64,000 bases of DNA from Eledone cirrhosa (taxonomy: Eukaryota), in the NCBI GenBank assembly GCA_964016885.1, contig OZ024766.1, forward strand, positions 13,702,001 through 13,766,000, given 5' to 3'. Shown here piece by piece: positions 1 to 12,872 of this stretch; within the stretch, counting starts at the first letter, position 1, and each line of letters begins with the position of its first letter. The notes beneath the pieces were generated by a model, which worked only from the letters and a program-made list of their open reading frames with translations, was not told the origin of the DNA and did no database searches. Made by a program: the position numbers and the translations under genes.

Positions 1-2725
1 TGTTGTAAACACTAAATCCCTCCCCCATGAAGAATGCACCTCCCAACATAGACTGATAATTAGCGACCTCATAGTCAGGACGAGACGTACTCGACAGCAG
101 AAGAGGACTATCCTCAGGAGAAAAATATGGAAGCTAAAGGACCCCACAGCCAGAAATAAATTTCAAAGCATATTACTTGATGCTTTCGACAGTAAGGAAG
201 AGCATTTAGAGTCGTACAATATAGAGGAACAGTGGGAATTCCTGAAAGCAAACCTGCTGATGGCGGCAGACGAAGTCTGTGGCCGGAGCAGGCCTATAGG
301 CAGGAGAAGAGTAACATGGTGGTGGGACAGTAAGGTGGAGGAGTCGATTAAGGCCAAAAAGCAGGCTTGGAAAGTATGGCGGGATGGGGGAAGTAGAGAA
401 GACTATCAAGTGGCCAGGAGGGAAGCTAGGAGACAAGTGTACTTCGCAAGAAGGGAAGCAGAGGAAAGAAAGTTCAACCATGTTCTACAACGCGAGGACC
501 AAAAACGTGAGGTGTTCAGGATTGCTAGACAATGTGTCAAGGAAAACCGTGATATTGTTGGGGAGAAGTGTGTACTTAATGTTGATGGTGTACTTGCCAT
601 CACTGACGCTGATAAGAAGGTCGCTTGGAAGTGTCACTACGAGAGGCTACTAAATGAGGAGAATAAATGGGAGAAGGATAGTCTCCCCCAGATCGATCCA
701 ATAGAGGGACCAGCAGTGTTAGTTGAAGGTAGTATAATAAGTAAGGCAATCAAAGATATGAAGACACGTAAGGCGGCTGGGCCTTCGGAAATAGTTGCTG
801 AGATGCTGAAGGCCTCTGGAATGGTGGGACACACCATGGTCACCCAGATAGTAAACCAAGTCATACAGAATGGGGTTGTTCCGAAGGACTGGCGTAGCAG
901 CATCATCATTAACTGTTACAAGGGTAAAGGAGACGCCCTAGATAGGAGTAACTATAGAGGCATTAAATTAATCGACCAGGTCATGAAGGTCACGGAAAAA
1001 GTAATAGTGCAACTAATCAGAGAGAGAATCGATCTAGATGAAATGCAATTCGGGTTTGTGTCAGGCAAAAGTACCACAGACGCTTTTTTCATTGTACGAC
1101 AACTACAGGAGAAGTACCTAGCTAAAAGTAAACCCCTATACTTAGCCTTTGTCGACTTGGAGAAAGACTTCGACAGAGTCCCCCGTTCCATTATCTGGTG
1201 GGCTCTTAGAAAACTAGGTGTTGATGAATGGCTTGTGAGAGCTCTACCAGCCATGTATAAAGAAAAAGTCAGCAAGGTTAGAATTAACAACGAATATAGT
1301 AAAGAGTTTAGCATAAAAGTGGGTGTTCATCAGGGCTCCGTTCTTAGTCCCCTACTATTTATTATTGCCCTTCAGGCTATAACAGTGGAGTTCAAGACCG
1401 GCTGCCCATGGGAACTCCTATACGCAGATGATCTAACGCTCATAGCTGAATCAATGGCCGAGCTAGAGAAAAAATTCCAAACATGGAAGCACGGCCTAGA
1501 ATCAAAAGGCCTTAAAATTAACCTAGCTAAGACTAAAGTTCTAGTTTGTAGGAAAGAAAATAAGGCGCCGGTCCCTTCCGGGAAATGGCCATGCTCAGTG
1601 TGTAGGAAAGGCGTAGGTAGAAACTCCCTTTTATGTCCCAAATGCAAAGTATGGGTGCATAAAAGATGTAGTGGGATCACAGGTAAGCTAACTAAGAACA
1701 CAGATTTTACATGTGGCCGGTGCTCTGGTGCAATAAGTAGCAGCAAGTGCCCACAAAATACTAGCTCTTTCAATTGCGCAGAGAGTTCTATAGAAATAGT
1801 GGACAGCTTCCGTTACCTGGGTGACAAAATCAGCAGTGGGGGAGGGTGCTCTGAAAGTACAGTAGCTAGAGTCAGAACTAGAGAGGAACGAAGCTTGCAT
1901 GCTGCACTGGATGTGTAATAGTAATATACGTGAACAGCAAAGCATAAACGAACTAAGGAAAAAATTAGAAATAAGAGGGATCAGATGTTGTTTACTCGAG
2001 AGAAGGCTACGTTGGTATGGTCACGTGATGCGCATGAAAGACGACAGCTGTATAGCAAAGTGCACGGCAATAAAGATAGATGGTAGCCACGGAGTAGGCA
2101 GACCCAGAAAAACCTGGGACGAGCTGATAAGTTCCGACCTCACACACTTACACCTCTCCAAGACAATGTCACTGGACCGAGACCTTTGGCGGTACTCAGT
2201 AATAGAGAAGACCCACCTTACCTAAATACAAAGTAAAACCTGCCACAGTCAGTAGGCATCTCTAACAAAATACACCCCCGTCCCACCACCCCCACTCCAT
2301 CCACACCGCCCCTTTCAATGTAAAGTTATGTTGGTGCCACAACATCCAGGCCGAAACAAATGAGATCGTGTAGGTGTCACGACAAAAAAACACACAGTCC
2401 ACGCTGTAATGTGGCCGTGTAGGCAACACGGTAAAAACCTCCCAGCCCCACACTGTAAATGTGGTTGGTGTTAGGAAGGGCATCCGCTGTAGAAAACCCG
2501 CCAGACAGTCCACGCTGTAATGTGGCCGTGTAGGAAAACACGGTAAAAACTTCACAACCCCACACTGTAAATGTGGTTGGTGTTAGGAAGGGCATCCAAC
2601 TGTAGAAAACCCGCCAGACAGTCCTGTGCGAGCAAGACAACCACTCTTGCCTCAAGTGGGAAAACTCCCGTCCAAACCCATGCAAGCGTGGACCATGGAC
2701 GTTAAACGATGATGATGATGATGAT
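1..2725 (+). mobile_element. RTE-clade non-LTR retrotransposon (family A), runs off the window 5' end; 3' UTR ends in (GAT)n
   Basis: Frame 2 is open from base 2 (end of the AP endonuclease, EECTSQHRLIISDL) through the RT motifs (NYRGIKL, QFGF, AFVDLEK, GVHQGSVLSPLLF, LLYADD) to the C-terminal RRLRWYGHVMR...GRPRKTW. The 3' UTR ends GGACGTTAAACGATGATGATG. Confidence 0.95.
2..2225 (+). pseudogene. RTE ORF (EN end + RT + PHD-like Cys/His finger + C-terminus), frameshifted by an internal deletion at ~1879
   Basis: ORFs 260..1918 and 1899..2225 are in different frames. Comparison with the copy at 47636-48527 shows 152 bp missing. Confidence 0.9.
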
Positions 2726-2739
2726 ATATATATTTGCGC

Positions 2740-3520
2740 GTACCATCCTGACTAGGACGTAGTCCAAAAGATGCCATTCCTTAGATGCAGGATGCATCCA
2801 TGTGGTCTTGAATTTGTTCTTTTGTTGGAACATGGTGTTGGTAACACACAGATCCAGCTCCTCACACATCTGCAGCAGGAGCATACCATTGTTGTTACAC
2901 TTTCCCACCCCATGCCTTCCGATTACATTCCATGTGTTAAAATCCCTACCCACTCTAGCATTAAAGTCACCAAGCACGATGACTTTGTCTGCCTGAGGGA
3001 TATTTCTTAAAACACCTTTCAAGGCATGGTAAAAGGACACTTTTTCTTCATCGACAGAATTCATAGTTGGAGCATACACACTCACCAGGGTCGCATATCT
3101 TCCTTTGTCCAGCGGAACTCTCATGTACATAAGACGCTCACTAATCCCTACTGGGAATTCTACTAATTTATTCACAAGTACAGTCTTAACAGCAAATCCT
3201 ACCCCAGCCTCTCTTCTGGTTCCTTCATCTCTTCCTTTCCAAAAGAATGTATATTCTCCACAAAATTCTGTAAGATGACCATCTCCAGCTAACCTCGTCT
3301 CAGATAAAGCCACGATGTCAAGATCGTAACGTCGAAGCTCCTTTGCAACAAGAGCGGTCCTTCGTTCAGGACGCTCCAAGGAATCCCTGTCAAGCAGCGT
3401 CCGTACGTTCCAGCAGCCAAGACTAAATGCCTTGTTTGGCTCTATTACAATGGCACGATGACGAGCGGGCCCCGGCTGTGATAACCTGGGGCCCCTGCCC
3501 TTATTGCCAATTATCTTTTT
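2740..3520 (-). mobile_element. AP-endonuclease (5') fragment of a different RTE-1/BovB-type LINE
   Basis: Translation GCWNVRTL...ERRTALVAKELRRYDLDIVALSETR...GVGFAV...SVYAPT...VLGDFNARVG...TTWMHP...WHLLDYVL; no RT follows. Confidence 0.9.
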
Positions 3521-3611
3521 TGTTCCAGAACCTAAATTGCCAATTATCTCTTTTATATTGTTCTGGAACATCATTGAATTGGAAGAAGAAAAAAAAAAAA
3601 AAAAAATAATA

Positions 3612-4680
3612 ATAGTAACAATAATAATAATGATTTCATTTATTAGCCACAAGGGCCGACATGTAGGGGACAATACAAAGACAGGGACAGTGGGGGTTTA
3701 CAATAAGGTCGAGTAAAAGTGCACAATGGCAAGTCTAATTTAACAATGAAGATATAAAGATATAAAATAAACTATGCATAAATATAACAAAATAAATTCC
3801 CCGATAGGGGGTGGACGACCCTGAACCACCCTGTGCTTCTAGGGCACCCAGGGAGAGCACCCCTCTCCTCAACTTAGCTAGCCTATAGGCACATGGTCAG
3901 AGTAGGGCCATTCACACGGGCCATTCTCGCCACATTCACCCACCTTTTAGAAAATGTACTGGGGGGCAGCACTTCTCTCTCCACCCTCACCTTCCTTTCC
4001 AGGTGAAACTTGAAGAAGTTGATGAGGGATTGGCCGAAGAGAAAAGTGTCTGTCTTTAGTCCATTCAACCTGGTCCACCATATAATCTCTTTCTCAACTT
4101 CCACCAGACAGAGGAAATGTCCTGCTCTTTCTGACCTAAGGAAGGCGGTGGATCGATCTTCACTATGGACTCGGCCGATAGCCGGATTCGTTCCACACGT
4201 GACAGTAGCTGTTCGACATAACTCCACAAGTCAGTAATGCACGGACATTGGACAAGTGCGTGCAGAACGGTTTCGTCGTTCTGTGCGCATCTTGTGCAGG
4301 TTCATCTGACAGCACTTCCGTGCCTGTAGAGTTAATCCCGAACCGGCAGTGCCCCCCGGTAGCACTGCCAAGCGAGGGATTTCTGGAAATTGTCCATCGT
4401 CCCCGGCTCAAAAGTCCTCCGGTACAGACTGGTCAGTTCGACTTCGTCGAGGCCCAAAGCTTCTCCGAGTGCGTCATTGCACTTGCCCACCACTAATCCT
4501 CTATAGAACTCGAGAGTGGAAGTTCCACTGATCGCATTGCCCGCTTGGTAGAGGGCAGTGAGTGCCTGGCAACATTCCAGGTGCCAGTCACCCAGTCTCG
4601 GTCTCTTCTTGCTAGTACAGCGTTCCTTTGTCAGTGTTGAACAAACGAGCAACGATGGTTGCTGGACACTATGGCTTCAT
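3612..4680 (-). mobile_element. 3' fragment of an L1/Tx1-like LINE (zf-RVT-like region, C-terminus, 3' UTR)
   Basis: Disrupted frames read ...KSLAWQCYRGALPVRD... and ...IIWWTR...FFKFHLERKVRVERE...FSKRWVNVARM. The 3' end is CCCTTGTGGCTAATAAATGAAATC(ATT)n. Confidence 0.7.
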
Positions 4681-4890
4681 GCGGGATGTTTGTTTACAAA
4701 CACACCGAGCATTATAATAAATGTTCGGTGAATCCATACGTACATATATATATGTGTGCATGTATGCATATATATATATACATGCTACTGTACATCTGTA
4801 TACATATATGTATGTACGTGTACATACTTATATTTAAGTAACAGCCGTACTAAGAGTGGGAAATGAAATTTCGTTTCATTTTTTTCCGTT

Positions 4891-4959
<69 letters not shown>

Positions 4960-4963
4960 GTAT

Positions 4964-6441
4964 AAGGTAAAGGGGATGCTCTGGAGAGGAGCAATTATAG
5001 GGGCATAAAGCTGATGGATCAGGTTATGAAAGTGGCAGAGAGAATATTAGCGCAACTGATTAGAGAAAGGGTCAATTTAGATGAGATGCAGTTTGGTTTT
5101 GTGCTCTCGGAAAAGTACAACAGATGCCCGCTTCTTAGTGAGGAAACTACAAGAGAGGTTCTTAGAGAAGAACAAGCAACTATACTTAGCTTTTGTTGAC
5201 CTAGAGAAGGCCTTTGATAGGTACCCCGATCTGTCATCTGGTGGTCCCTAAGGAAACTAGGTGTAGAGGAATGGCTTGTGAGGACAGTGCAAGCTAAGTA
5301 CAGGGGTGCTGTCAGTAAAGTGAGAATAGGAATGGAGTTTAGTGAGGAATTGCAGATGCAAGTAGGTGTAAATCAAGGTTCGGTCCTCAGCCCACTCTTG
5401 TTCATTATAGTCCTCCATACCATAACAGAGGAGTTTAAGACTGGATGCCCATGGCAACTTCTCTATGCTGATGATCTGGTTCTTATAGCATAATCAGTAG
5501 AGGAGCTAGAGAATAAATTCTGCCTATGGAAACAGTAGTTGGAATCAAGAGGCCTGAGAGTGAACATAGCTAATACAAAAGTGTTGATGAGTAGAAAAGA
5601 GGACAATACTCTGATTCCATCAGAGAAATGGCCATGTTCGATATGTAGGAAAGGAACTGGCATAAATTCCATAAAATGCAGATCTTGGGTACACAAGAGA
5701 TGTAGTGGGATGGTAGGCAAACTAAGAGGTAGGGAAAACTACATATGCAGTAGATGTACAGGGACATTTGACAGTAGGAGTCGCAGTGATAGACACATTT
5801 TTCAAATACAGGTGGGTTCTATAGAAGTGGTTGATAGCTTCCGGTACCTAGGTGATCAGATTAGCATGGGAGGGGGATGTTCCAAGGCTATAGTCTCCAT
5901 AATAAAGACGGGTTGGAAGAAGTTTAGGGAGCTGCTTTCTCTGTTGACAAAGAAGGGTTTCTCCCTGCATACGAAAGGGCGGTTATATGATGCCTGTGTG
6001 AGATGCGCGATGCTGCATGATAGTAAGACATGGGCAGCAACTGCAGAAGATATGCACGGCTGGAGAGAAATGAAGCAAGCATGCTCCGTTGGATGTGCAA
6101 TGTCAATGTGTGTGAACGACCAAGCATAGACGAGTTGAGAAAGAAACTGGGTATAAGCGGGATAAGTTGGGTGTGCAAGAGAGAAGACTGAGATGGTATG
6201 GACATGTGATGCGCATGGAGGATGACCCCTGGGTAAAGAAGTGCCAAGAAATCCCAGCAGAAGGAAGATGCAGAAGAGGTAGACCACGTAAAACATGGGC
6301 GGAGGTGGTGAGAGAAAACCTGAGATCACTGAAATTCACAGAGGAGATGACGGAGAACTGTGACAAGTGGAGAGATGCTGTGCTGAATAAGACCTGTCCC
6401 ATCCTTGCAAGCAGGGAAAAACGGACGTATGATGATGATGA
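4964..6441 (+). mobile_element. 5'-truncated, degenerate RTE LINE copy (family B)
   Basis: RT motifs with stops and frameshifts, PHD-like finger, WYGHVMR, tail CGGACGTATGATGATGATG. Both ends abut (TA)n. Confidence 0.9.
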
Positions 6442-6631
6442 TATATATATATATATATATATATATGCTAGTATTCAAGTGTTTAGGGAGAGACCGATAA
6501 CATTGTTAGAACTCATTGCAGCCTTGAAGAGATGGTTTCAACAAGATTGGGTGGTGAAAGTTATAGTTTTCGTAGAAGGATCTCATCACATAAGGTTCCT
6601 TCAAAGATTCCTCTAGAGTTACAGAGTCATT

Positions 6632-6935
6632 TATATATATGTGTGTGTTTTGAACAATGAAAATAAAACTTGAGACAAAGATATGTTCTTAATTAGTTCA
6701 TTGTTTTACGGTCATTTCAGAGGTTTGATTGATCATGGTTGATTGATGTATTGACAAACAGGTAGTTGTTATGTCACTAACTATTTCTAGTCTCAAAATA
6801 CCTGATCAATCACACCATATCAATATATTGATTTACCATGATCAATCAACCCTCTGAAACGATCGTAAACAATGAACCATATCTCAGACTTTTGTTTTAT
6901 TTTCAATGTTCAATACCCACAAACACACATATATA
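6632..6935. repeat. Imperfect inverted repeat (hairpin element) with a decayed hammerhead-like end
   Basis: 6632-6750 is the reverse complement of ~6820-6935. GAAACGATCGTA at 6856-6867. A partial second copy is at ~7553-7620. Confidence 0.7.
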
Positions 6936-6959
6936 ATTGATAATTTCTTTGGAATAATT

Positions 6960-8668
6960 TATGAGACTTGTGGCTGGAACAAAGTACCAGCCAGACAGAT
7001 GGTGACCTAGTGGTGAAACAGCACAGTAGATAGAGCCATTAACCCTGTAGCATTTACATTACTCTATATTTACTATTATATTTTCATGGTAAAGTCTTTA
7101 TTTCACATAATATTGAATCTATGAGACTTTGATATTACTTATTTTGAGGACAATACATTAACATCAATATGAGCTGCGAGTTACAGCCGGTTTGAACAGA
7201 AAGACGTGAGAGAACTTTGGCTGGATACGGGCCAGTTTAAATGCTAAAGGGTTAAAGACAAGTGACAGGCATGGAAAGACTGGAAAAATAAGGGTGTCAG
7301 ACCAGGACCAGGTAGCTAAGAGAGAAGCTAGAAGACAGGTATACATAACACAGAGAGAGGCTGAAAAAAGAAAGTTTGCCAAAGTCTTGAGACGTTAGAA
7401 TCAGAGGTGTGAAGTGTTCCACATTGCAAGACAGGGAAAGGTGTGTTAGAAATGACACTGGTACACTTAGCACCACTGATGCTCAAAAGAAAGAGGCCTG
7501 GAAATGTTACTATGAGAGATTGATGAATGTAGAGAATAAATTAGGAAGCAATCTTAGACTTTTGTTTTATGTTCATTGTTCAACACACATACACATATAA
7601 TTGACATTCTCTTTGGAATTACTGATGAAACTTGTTAGTGACACAACTACAAAAGAGGTTCCTAGCCAAGATTAAGCTGCAATATTTAGCTTTTATAGAT
7701 CTAGAAAAGGCCTTTGGCAGAATACCTTACTCTGTTATCTGGTGGTCCTTCAGAAATTTAGGTGAAGAATGGCTTGTGAGAGCAGTGCAAGCCATATACA
7801 GAGGAGCTGTCAGTAAAGTGAGAGTAGGAAGGGAGTTTAGTGAAGAATTCAATGTACAGGTAGGTGTTCATCATGGTTCAGTTCACAACCCATTGCTGTT
7901 CATCATAGATCTCCAGGCCATAACCAATGGGTTTAAGACTGGCTGTTCACCGGAAACAGTCTATGTGAATGATCTGGTCCTTATAGCTGACTCCATAAAA
8001 GAACTAGAGAATAAGTGACCCTACTGCATATGTAGAAAAGGAGTAGGCATAAAATGTACACAATGATAGCTTCCGCTATCTAGGTAACCTAATTAGTAGT
8101 GGAGGAGGGTGCTTCATAAGAGAGGATAGGATTGAAGTTTAGAAAGCTACTTCCACTGTTGGCAAATAAAGTTTCTCCCTACGTACAAAAATGTTGGCTG
8201 TACAATGCTTGTGTGTAAAGTGCAATACTGCATGGAAGTGAAACATGGGCAGTAACTGCAGAAGACATGCATAAGCTGGAGAGAAATGGAGCAACCATGC
8301 TTCGTTGGATGTGCAACGTAAATGGGAGAGGAAGGCAGAGCTTGGATAAAATGAGGAAGAAATTGGACTTCAGAGGAAACCGAAGTGGTGTGCAAGAGAG
8401 AAGACTGCTTTGGTAGGAATATGTGATATCCATGGATGGTGATCACTGGTTAAAGAAGTGCCACGGAATACCAGAAGAGTGAAGCCATACTAGAGGTAGA
8501 CCAAGGAAGACCAGGGTAGATGTGGTGGGAGCTGATCTCAAATTGCTGAGACTCACAGAGGAGATGACGAAGGAACAAGCGAGTGGGGAGATGTTGTGCT
8601 TAAAAGAACCAATCCAACCCATGCCAGGATTGAAAAACGGACGTAAAACTATGATGATGATGTAGATG
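6960..8668 (+). mobile_element. Highly degenerate RTE LINE copy interrupted by insertions
   Basis: Fragments KKEAWKCYYERLMN, YLAFIDLEKAF, VGVHHGSV, and a (GAT)n tail at ~8651-8668. Confidence 0.85.
7043..7251. mobile_element. piggyBac-type MITE
   Basis: TIRs CCCTGTAGCATTT / AAATGCTAAAGGG with TTAA on both sides. Related copies at 53771-53991 and (partial) ~45110-45200. Confidence 0.8.
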
Positions 8669-8728
8669 AAGTAAATTAACTCTAAACAGATTTCGACTAA
8701 AACGAACAAAACTTCCCTGAAACAACAG

Positions 8729-8930
8729 GGTACAGCTAAATATAAACTATATTTTATAATGTAAAGTAGTGAACCACATAATTAAATAGACGGAGGTAAC
8801 TTAAATAATAAAGATATCTTTAATTTACTTAAAGCAATAACAAGGTACAGCTAAATATAAACTATATTTTATAATGTAAGGTAGTGAACCACATAATTAA
8901 ATAGACGGAGGTATTTTAAATAATAAAGAC
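8729..8930. repeat. Direct tandem duplication, ~114-bp period
   Basis: GGTACAGCTAAATATAAACTATATTTTATAATG...AATAGACGGAGGTA occurs at 8729 and 8843. Confidence 0.85.
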
Positions 8931-9267
8931 AGTCATGATAATATATTTTATATCACATGTAACAGTGGAATCGGTTAATTACTGGATCGTTGAAGAGTTC
9001 ACGTAATTCTATAATTTACACACATTAATATAGACATTAAGTAAATCTTTGTCAACTGTACATGGCTTGCACTGCTCTCACAAGCCATTCTTCTACACCT
9101 AAAAGCGGAAGAGGAGGCGCTCCATTTGTGTCAGATTTGGGCTGGGGCAATATTTCCCAATTCCACTTAATTCCATTAAATATTCAATCTTGGTCGAAAT
9201 AAATATTTTCATCGGTGACGATCTGTACAACCAATAATAGTAGGAGTCACGTTACATGATATATATA

Positions 9268-9343
9268 CAGGGTGTCCCTAAAATATGTATACACATTTAC
9301 ATAGACTGTAGTTGAAGTGTGAATACATTTTGGGGAGACCCTG
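9268..9343. mobile_element. 76-bp Tc1/mariner-type MITE
   Basis: TIRs CAGGGTGTCCCTAAAATATGTATACAC / GTGTGAATACATTTTGGGGAGACCCTG, flanked by TA. Confidence 0.7.
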
Positions 9344-10227
9344 TATATATTTTATATATACATATATATGTTAAAAGATGATTGATATATATATCTACAC
9401 TCAAATGTATATTTATATATATATAAATATATGTATATATATATATATATAAAGATATATATACTCTTACGTGTATACGTCTGAAAATGTATATATGTAT
9501 GTAAACACATACCTAAACATACATGTATACATATAGATGGACAGTTATACATATACAATAACTTATTTCTATACATATACCACAAGGCATGGAGCTGCCA
9601 ACTAACCAGAACTCCCTCATAATGGACCAGCTAGATCCCAAAATACAGGCCTGCTAGCCAACACACAGTCCCAATAAGTGTAAACTACAGCGCAGCTATC
9701 TGGACTGACTTCTCTTAAGACTACACATTATCCCACTACATCTTTTGTATACTATATATATACTGTATATATACTGTTTATATATATATATACACACACA
9801 CATATAATTGTGTATTCACACATTATCTTAGTAATGAAATAATAATTTTAGTAAATTGTTCAAAATTCTTCATTAACCCTTTTGGTAGAAACCCAGCCAA
9901 AATAGGTTCTCCTTCTATGGAAATGGTTCCTATCTAAATTAAAGTCTTCCAACGAAATTCTATATAACAACCATATGTTAAGTTACTATGTTAGTAATTA
10001 ACTAACAATTGTGATAAATAGCCCAAATTATTCATAATTAATTGAAATACAAGGTTCATAATTATAATAAAATCTTCGAATAGGCTACGAAGCCGGTAAA
10101 CCTTAAAGGTACGCAACACACACGTCGCTATAGCGTTTCACCAGGCAATTCCTTCCTCAATCATTACATAGATGTGTGTGTATGTAATAATTATTTTGTA
10201 TTGTGTGTCTATTTATGAATATGTATG

Positions 10228-10996
10228 TGTAGATGTGTGTGTGTGTGTGTGTGTGTAACACAGTAGATGTGTGTGTATGTAACACAGTAGATGTGTGTGT
10301 ATGTAACTCAGCAGATGTATGTGTGTGTAACACAGTGGATGTGTGTGTATGTAACTCAGCAGATGTGTATGTAACACAGTAGATGTGTGTGTGTGTAACA
10401 CACTAGATGTGTGTGTATATATAACACAGTAGATGAGTATATATAACACAGTAGATGTGTGTATATGTAACACAGTAGATGTGTATATATAACACAGTAG
10501 ATGTGTATGTAACACAGTAGATGTGTATATATAACACAGTAGATGTGTATGTATGTAACACAGATGTGTGTGTATGTAACACAGTTCATGTGTGTATGTA
10601 ACACAGTAGATGTGTGTATGTAACACAGTAGAGGTGTATGTAACACAGTAGATGTGTATATATAACACAGTAGATGTGTATGTAACACAGTAGATGTGTA
10701 TATATAACACAGTAGATGTGTGTATATATAACACAGTAGATGTGTGTATGTAACACAGTAGATCTGTGTGTATGTAACACAGTACATGTGTGTATGTAAC
10801 ACAGTACATGTGTGTATGTAACACAGTAGATTTGTGTATGTAACACAGTAGATGTGTGTATGTAACACAGTAGATGTGTGTATGTAACACAGTACATGTG
10901 TGTATGTAACACAGTAGATTTGTGTATGTAACACAGTAGATGTGTGTATATAACACAGTAGATGTGTGTATGTAACACAGTAGATGTGTATGTAAC
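10228..10996. repeat. Minisatellite, ~20-24-bp unit GTAACACAGTAGATGTGTGTAT
   Basis: Directly visible tandem array; it explains the spurious ORFs at 10213-11026. Confidence 0.95.
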
Positions 10997-11524
10997 TAAA
11001 GTGTAACGTACGTTACGAATGGACAACTAAAAGATTTTAACTTGTTTTTTAACAATTGATGGTGGAAAAAAATTTAAATTGTCTCAATTCAGACCATAAA
11101 GGGCCGCAACACATGGTGTTTGACACACTTACCGGCTACATAGCCTCGGAGTCTATTTTACTGAGACCGGCTACATATCTTCTTCCTAAAATCTTCCAAC
11201 ATAATTTTATACAAGAACCACATGTTAAGTTACTAATAAAATAATTAATAATTAAAAACTTCAGTAAATCCTTCAAATGATATCTCAGTAATGAAATAAT
11301 TAATAATTGTTATAAATACCTCAAAATTCCTCATTAATTAAACCCAAGACAGGTAAAAACTCCAGAGTCTTTCAATCGGACATGAAACAAATTAATTTCT
11401 AATGGAAGAAGAAAAGATTTTAAAGTCAGCCAAGGGAGATCACTCTCAGCGACTAATGTAATTCTTGTTCCTGAATTAATCCGGATTAAAATATTCTGGT
11501 GCATTTTGTGTGGAGGAAACCGGA

Positions 11525-11765
11525 TTTAGGCGGTGATAGCACGCAGTACATGAACGTATGGTTCGTGAGTTCGAATCCCAGACCGGGTGGTCTGTACGTT
11601 GGGGCCTTGAACAAGACACTTTATTTCTCATTGTTTTATTTCACCCAGCTGGCAAAAATAATAAGTTGTAATAATTATAGTGGAAACGTTGTTACATAGA
11701 ATTGTCACACTGAATCTCCCTGAGAAGAATGTCAACGGTATACGTGTCAATGAAATGCTCAGACA
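11525..11765 (+). mobile_element. tRNA-derived SINE, family 2 (degenerate)
   Basis: B-box GAGTTCGAATCCC followed by CCTTGAACAAGACACTTTATTTC...CACCCAGCTG. Homologous to 33974, 58345 and 22290-22450. Confidence 0.7.
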
Positions 11766-11855
11766 CATTATAATATAAGATGGGTTCTACATGTATTTCA
11801 AAGGGAAGCCATGCCATACGTCTTGCTGAATCTCCCTGAGAACTACGTATATACT

Positions 11856-12066
11856 AGTGACTATCAGACATAGTGTATCTAGGATTACATTATCTAATGT
11901 ACAGTATAGTGGCTATCAGACATAGTGTATCTCGGAGTACATTATCTAATGTACAGTATAGTGGCTATCAGACATAGTGTACCTAGGACTACATTATCTA
12001 ATGTACAGTATAGTGGCTATCAGACATAGTGTACCTAGGACTACATTGTCTAATGTACAGTATAGC
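11856..12066. repeat. 51-bp tandem repeat, 4 copies
   Basis: TAGTGGCTATCAGACATAGTGTACCTAGGACTACATTATCTAATGTACAGTA repeated. Confidence 0.9.
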
Positions 12067-12102
12067 AGTTAGTATTTGTGGATATCATTATTATAGACTT
12101 CA

Positions 12103-12275
12103 AGTCGGTAGAGGGTCGGACGCCATGCTTTACAGCATAGTTACGTCCCTTTACGATCTGAGTTCAAATCCCGCCGAGGTTGACTTTGCCTTTCATCCTT
12201 ACGGGGTCGATAAAATAAAGTACCAGTAATGCACTGGGTAATTGCTGGCCTTGTGCCTAAAGTAGAAACAATTAT
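12103..12275 (+). mobile_element. tRNA-derived SINE, family 1
   Basis: B-box GAGTTCAAATCCC, body GACTTTGCCTTTCATCCTTACGGGGTCGATAAAATAAAGTACCAG (resembles Deu/Nin-type conserved SINE domains), tail GGCCTTGTGCCTAAAGTAGAAACAATT. At least 6 related copies in the window. Confidence 0.85.
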
Positions 12276-12872
12276 TATAGACTTCAAGTAAATCTTTGTC
12301 AACTTACCTCCTTCACATATAATCAATGTGTTGTGTTGTTAGTTGTTACTAAACAACCAAAGAAATAATCTCTTTGTTATCAAATTAGAAGTTTCAAAGA
12401 TGTTATCAGCTTTATTTCACGACATTAACGTTGGTGTATCTTCTTCATCCTTAGTCATAAATTGATATCTTGTCAGAATGAAGTAGTGAGGCTGACTTTA
12501 TGTCTTTAGCTACAGATTTGATAGGAAATATATATATATTAGGTTGATATGTGGTCTAAAATATATATATTGTCTATAAATGACTGATAGCAGATGTTCT
12601 GGTGAAATAGTAGTTTTACTACTACAGATTGTAATGGAACTCTTAGTAGACACAATTGTAAAGTAAGAATAGATATGACAGTGTATATAATTGTTACACA
12701 AGATATAATTAGATTAATTAAAGTTCTAATGAAGGCAGCAGGTACTCGGTGTCATTGACAATGTTTCACCCCTATTACCGGTGTCATACGTTCTTATATT
12801 TGGACACTTTTACTGTATCTGCTGCGATATTTTGTGCCTGCTTTTACTGCAAGTGCAAGAAGGAGAACAAAA

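Noticed and set aside
10213-11026. His/Cys/Tyr-rich ORFs
   Set aside because: Translations of the ~22-bp minisatellite.
12308-12509. Possible extra minus-strand exon with AG/GTAAGT ends
   Set aside because: Stops in the frames examined, and it lies beyond the host stop codon; no recognisable domain.
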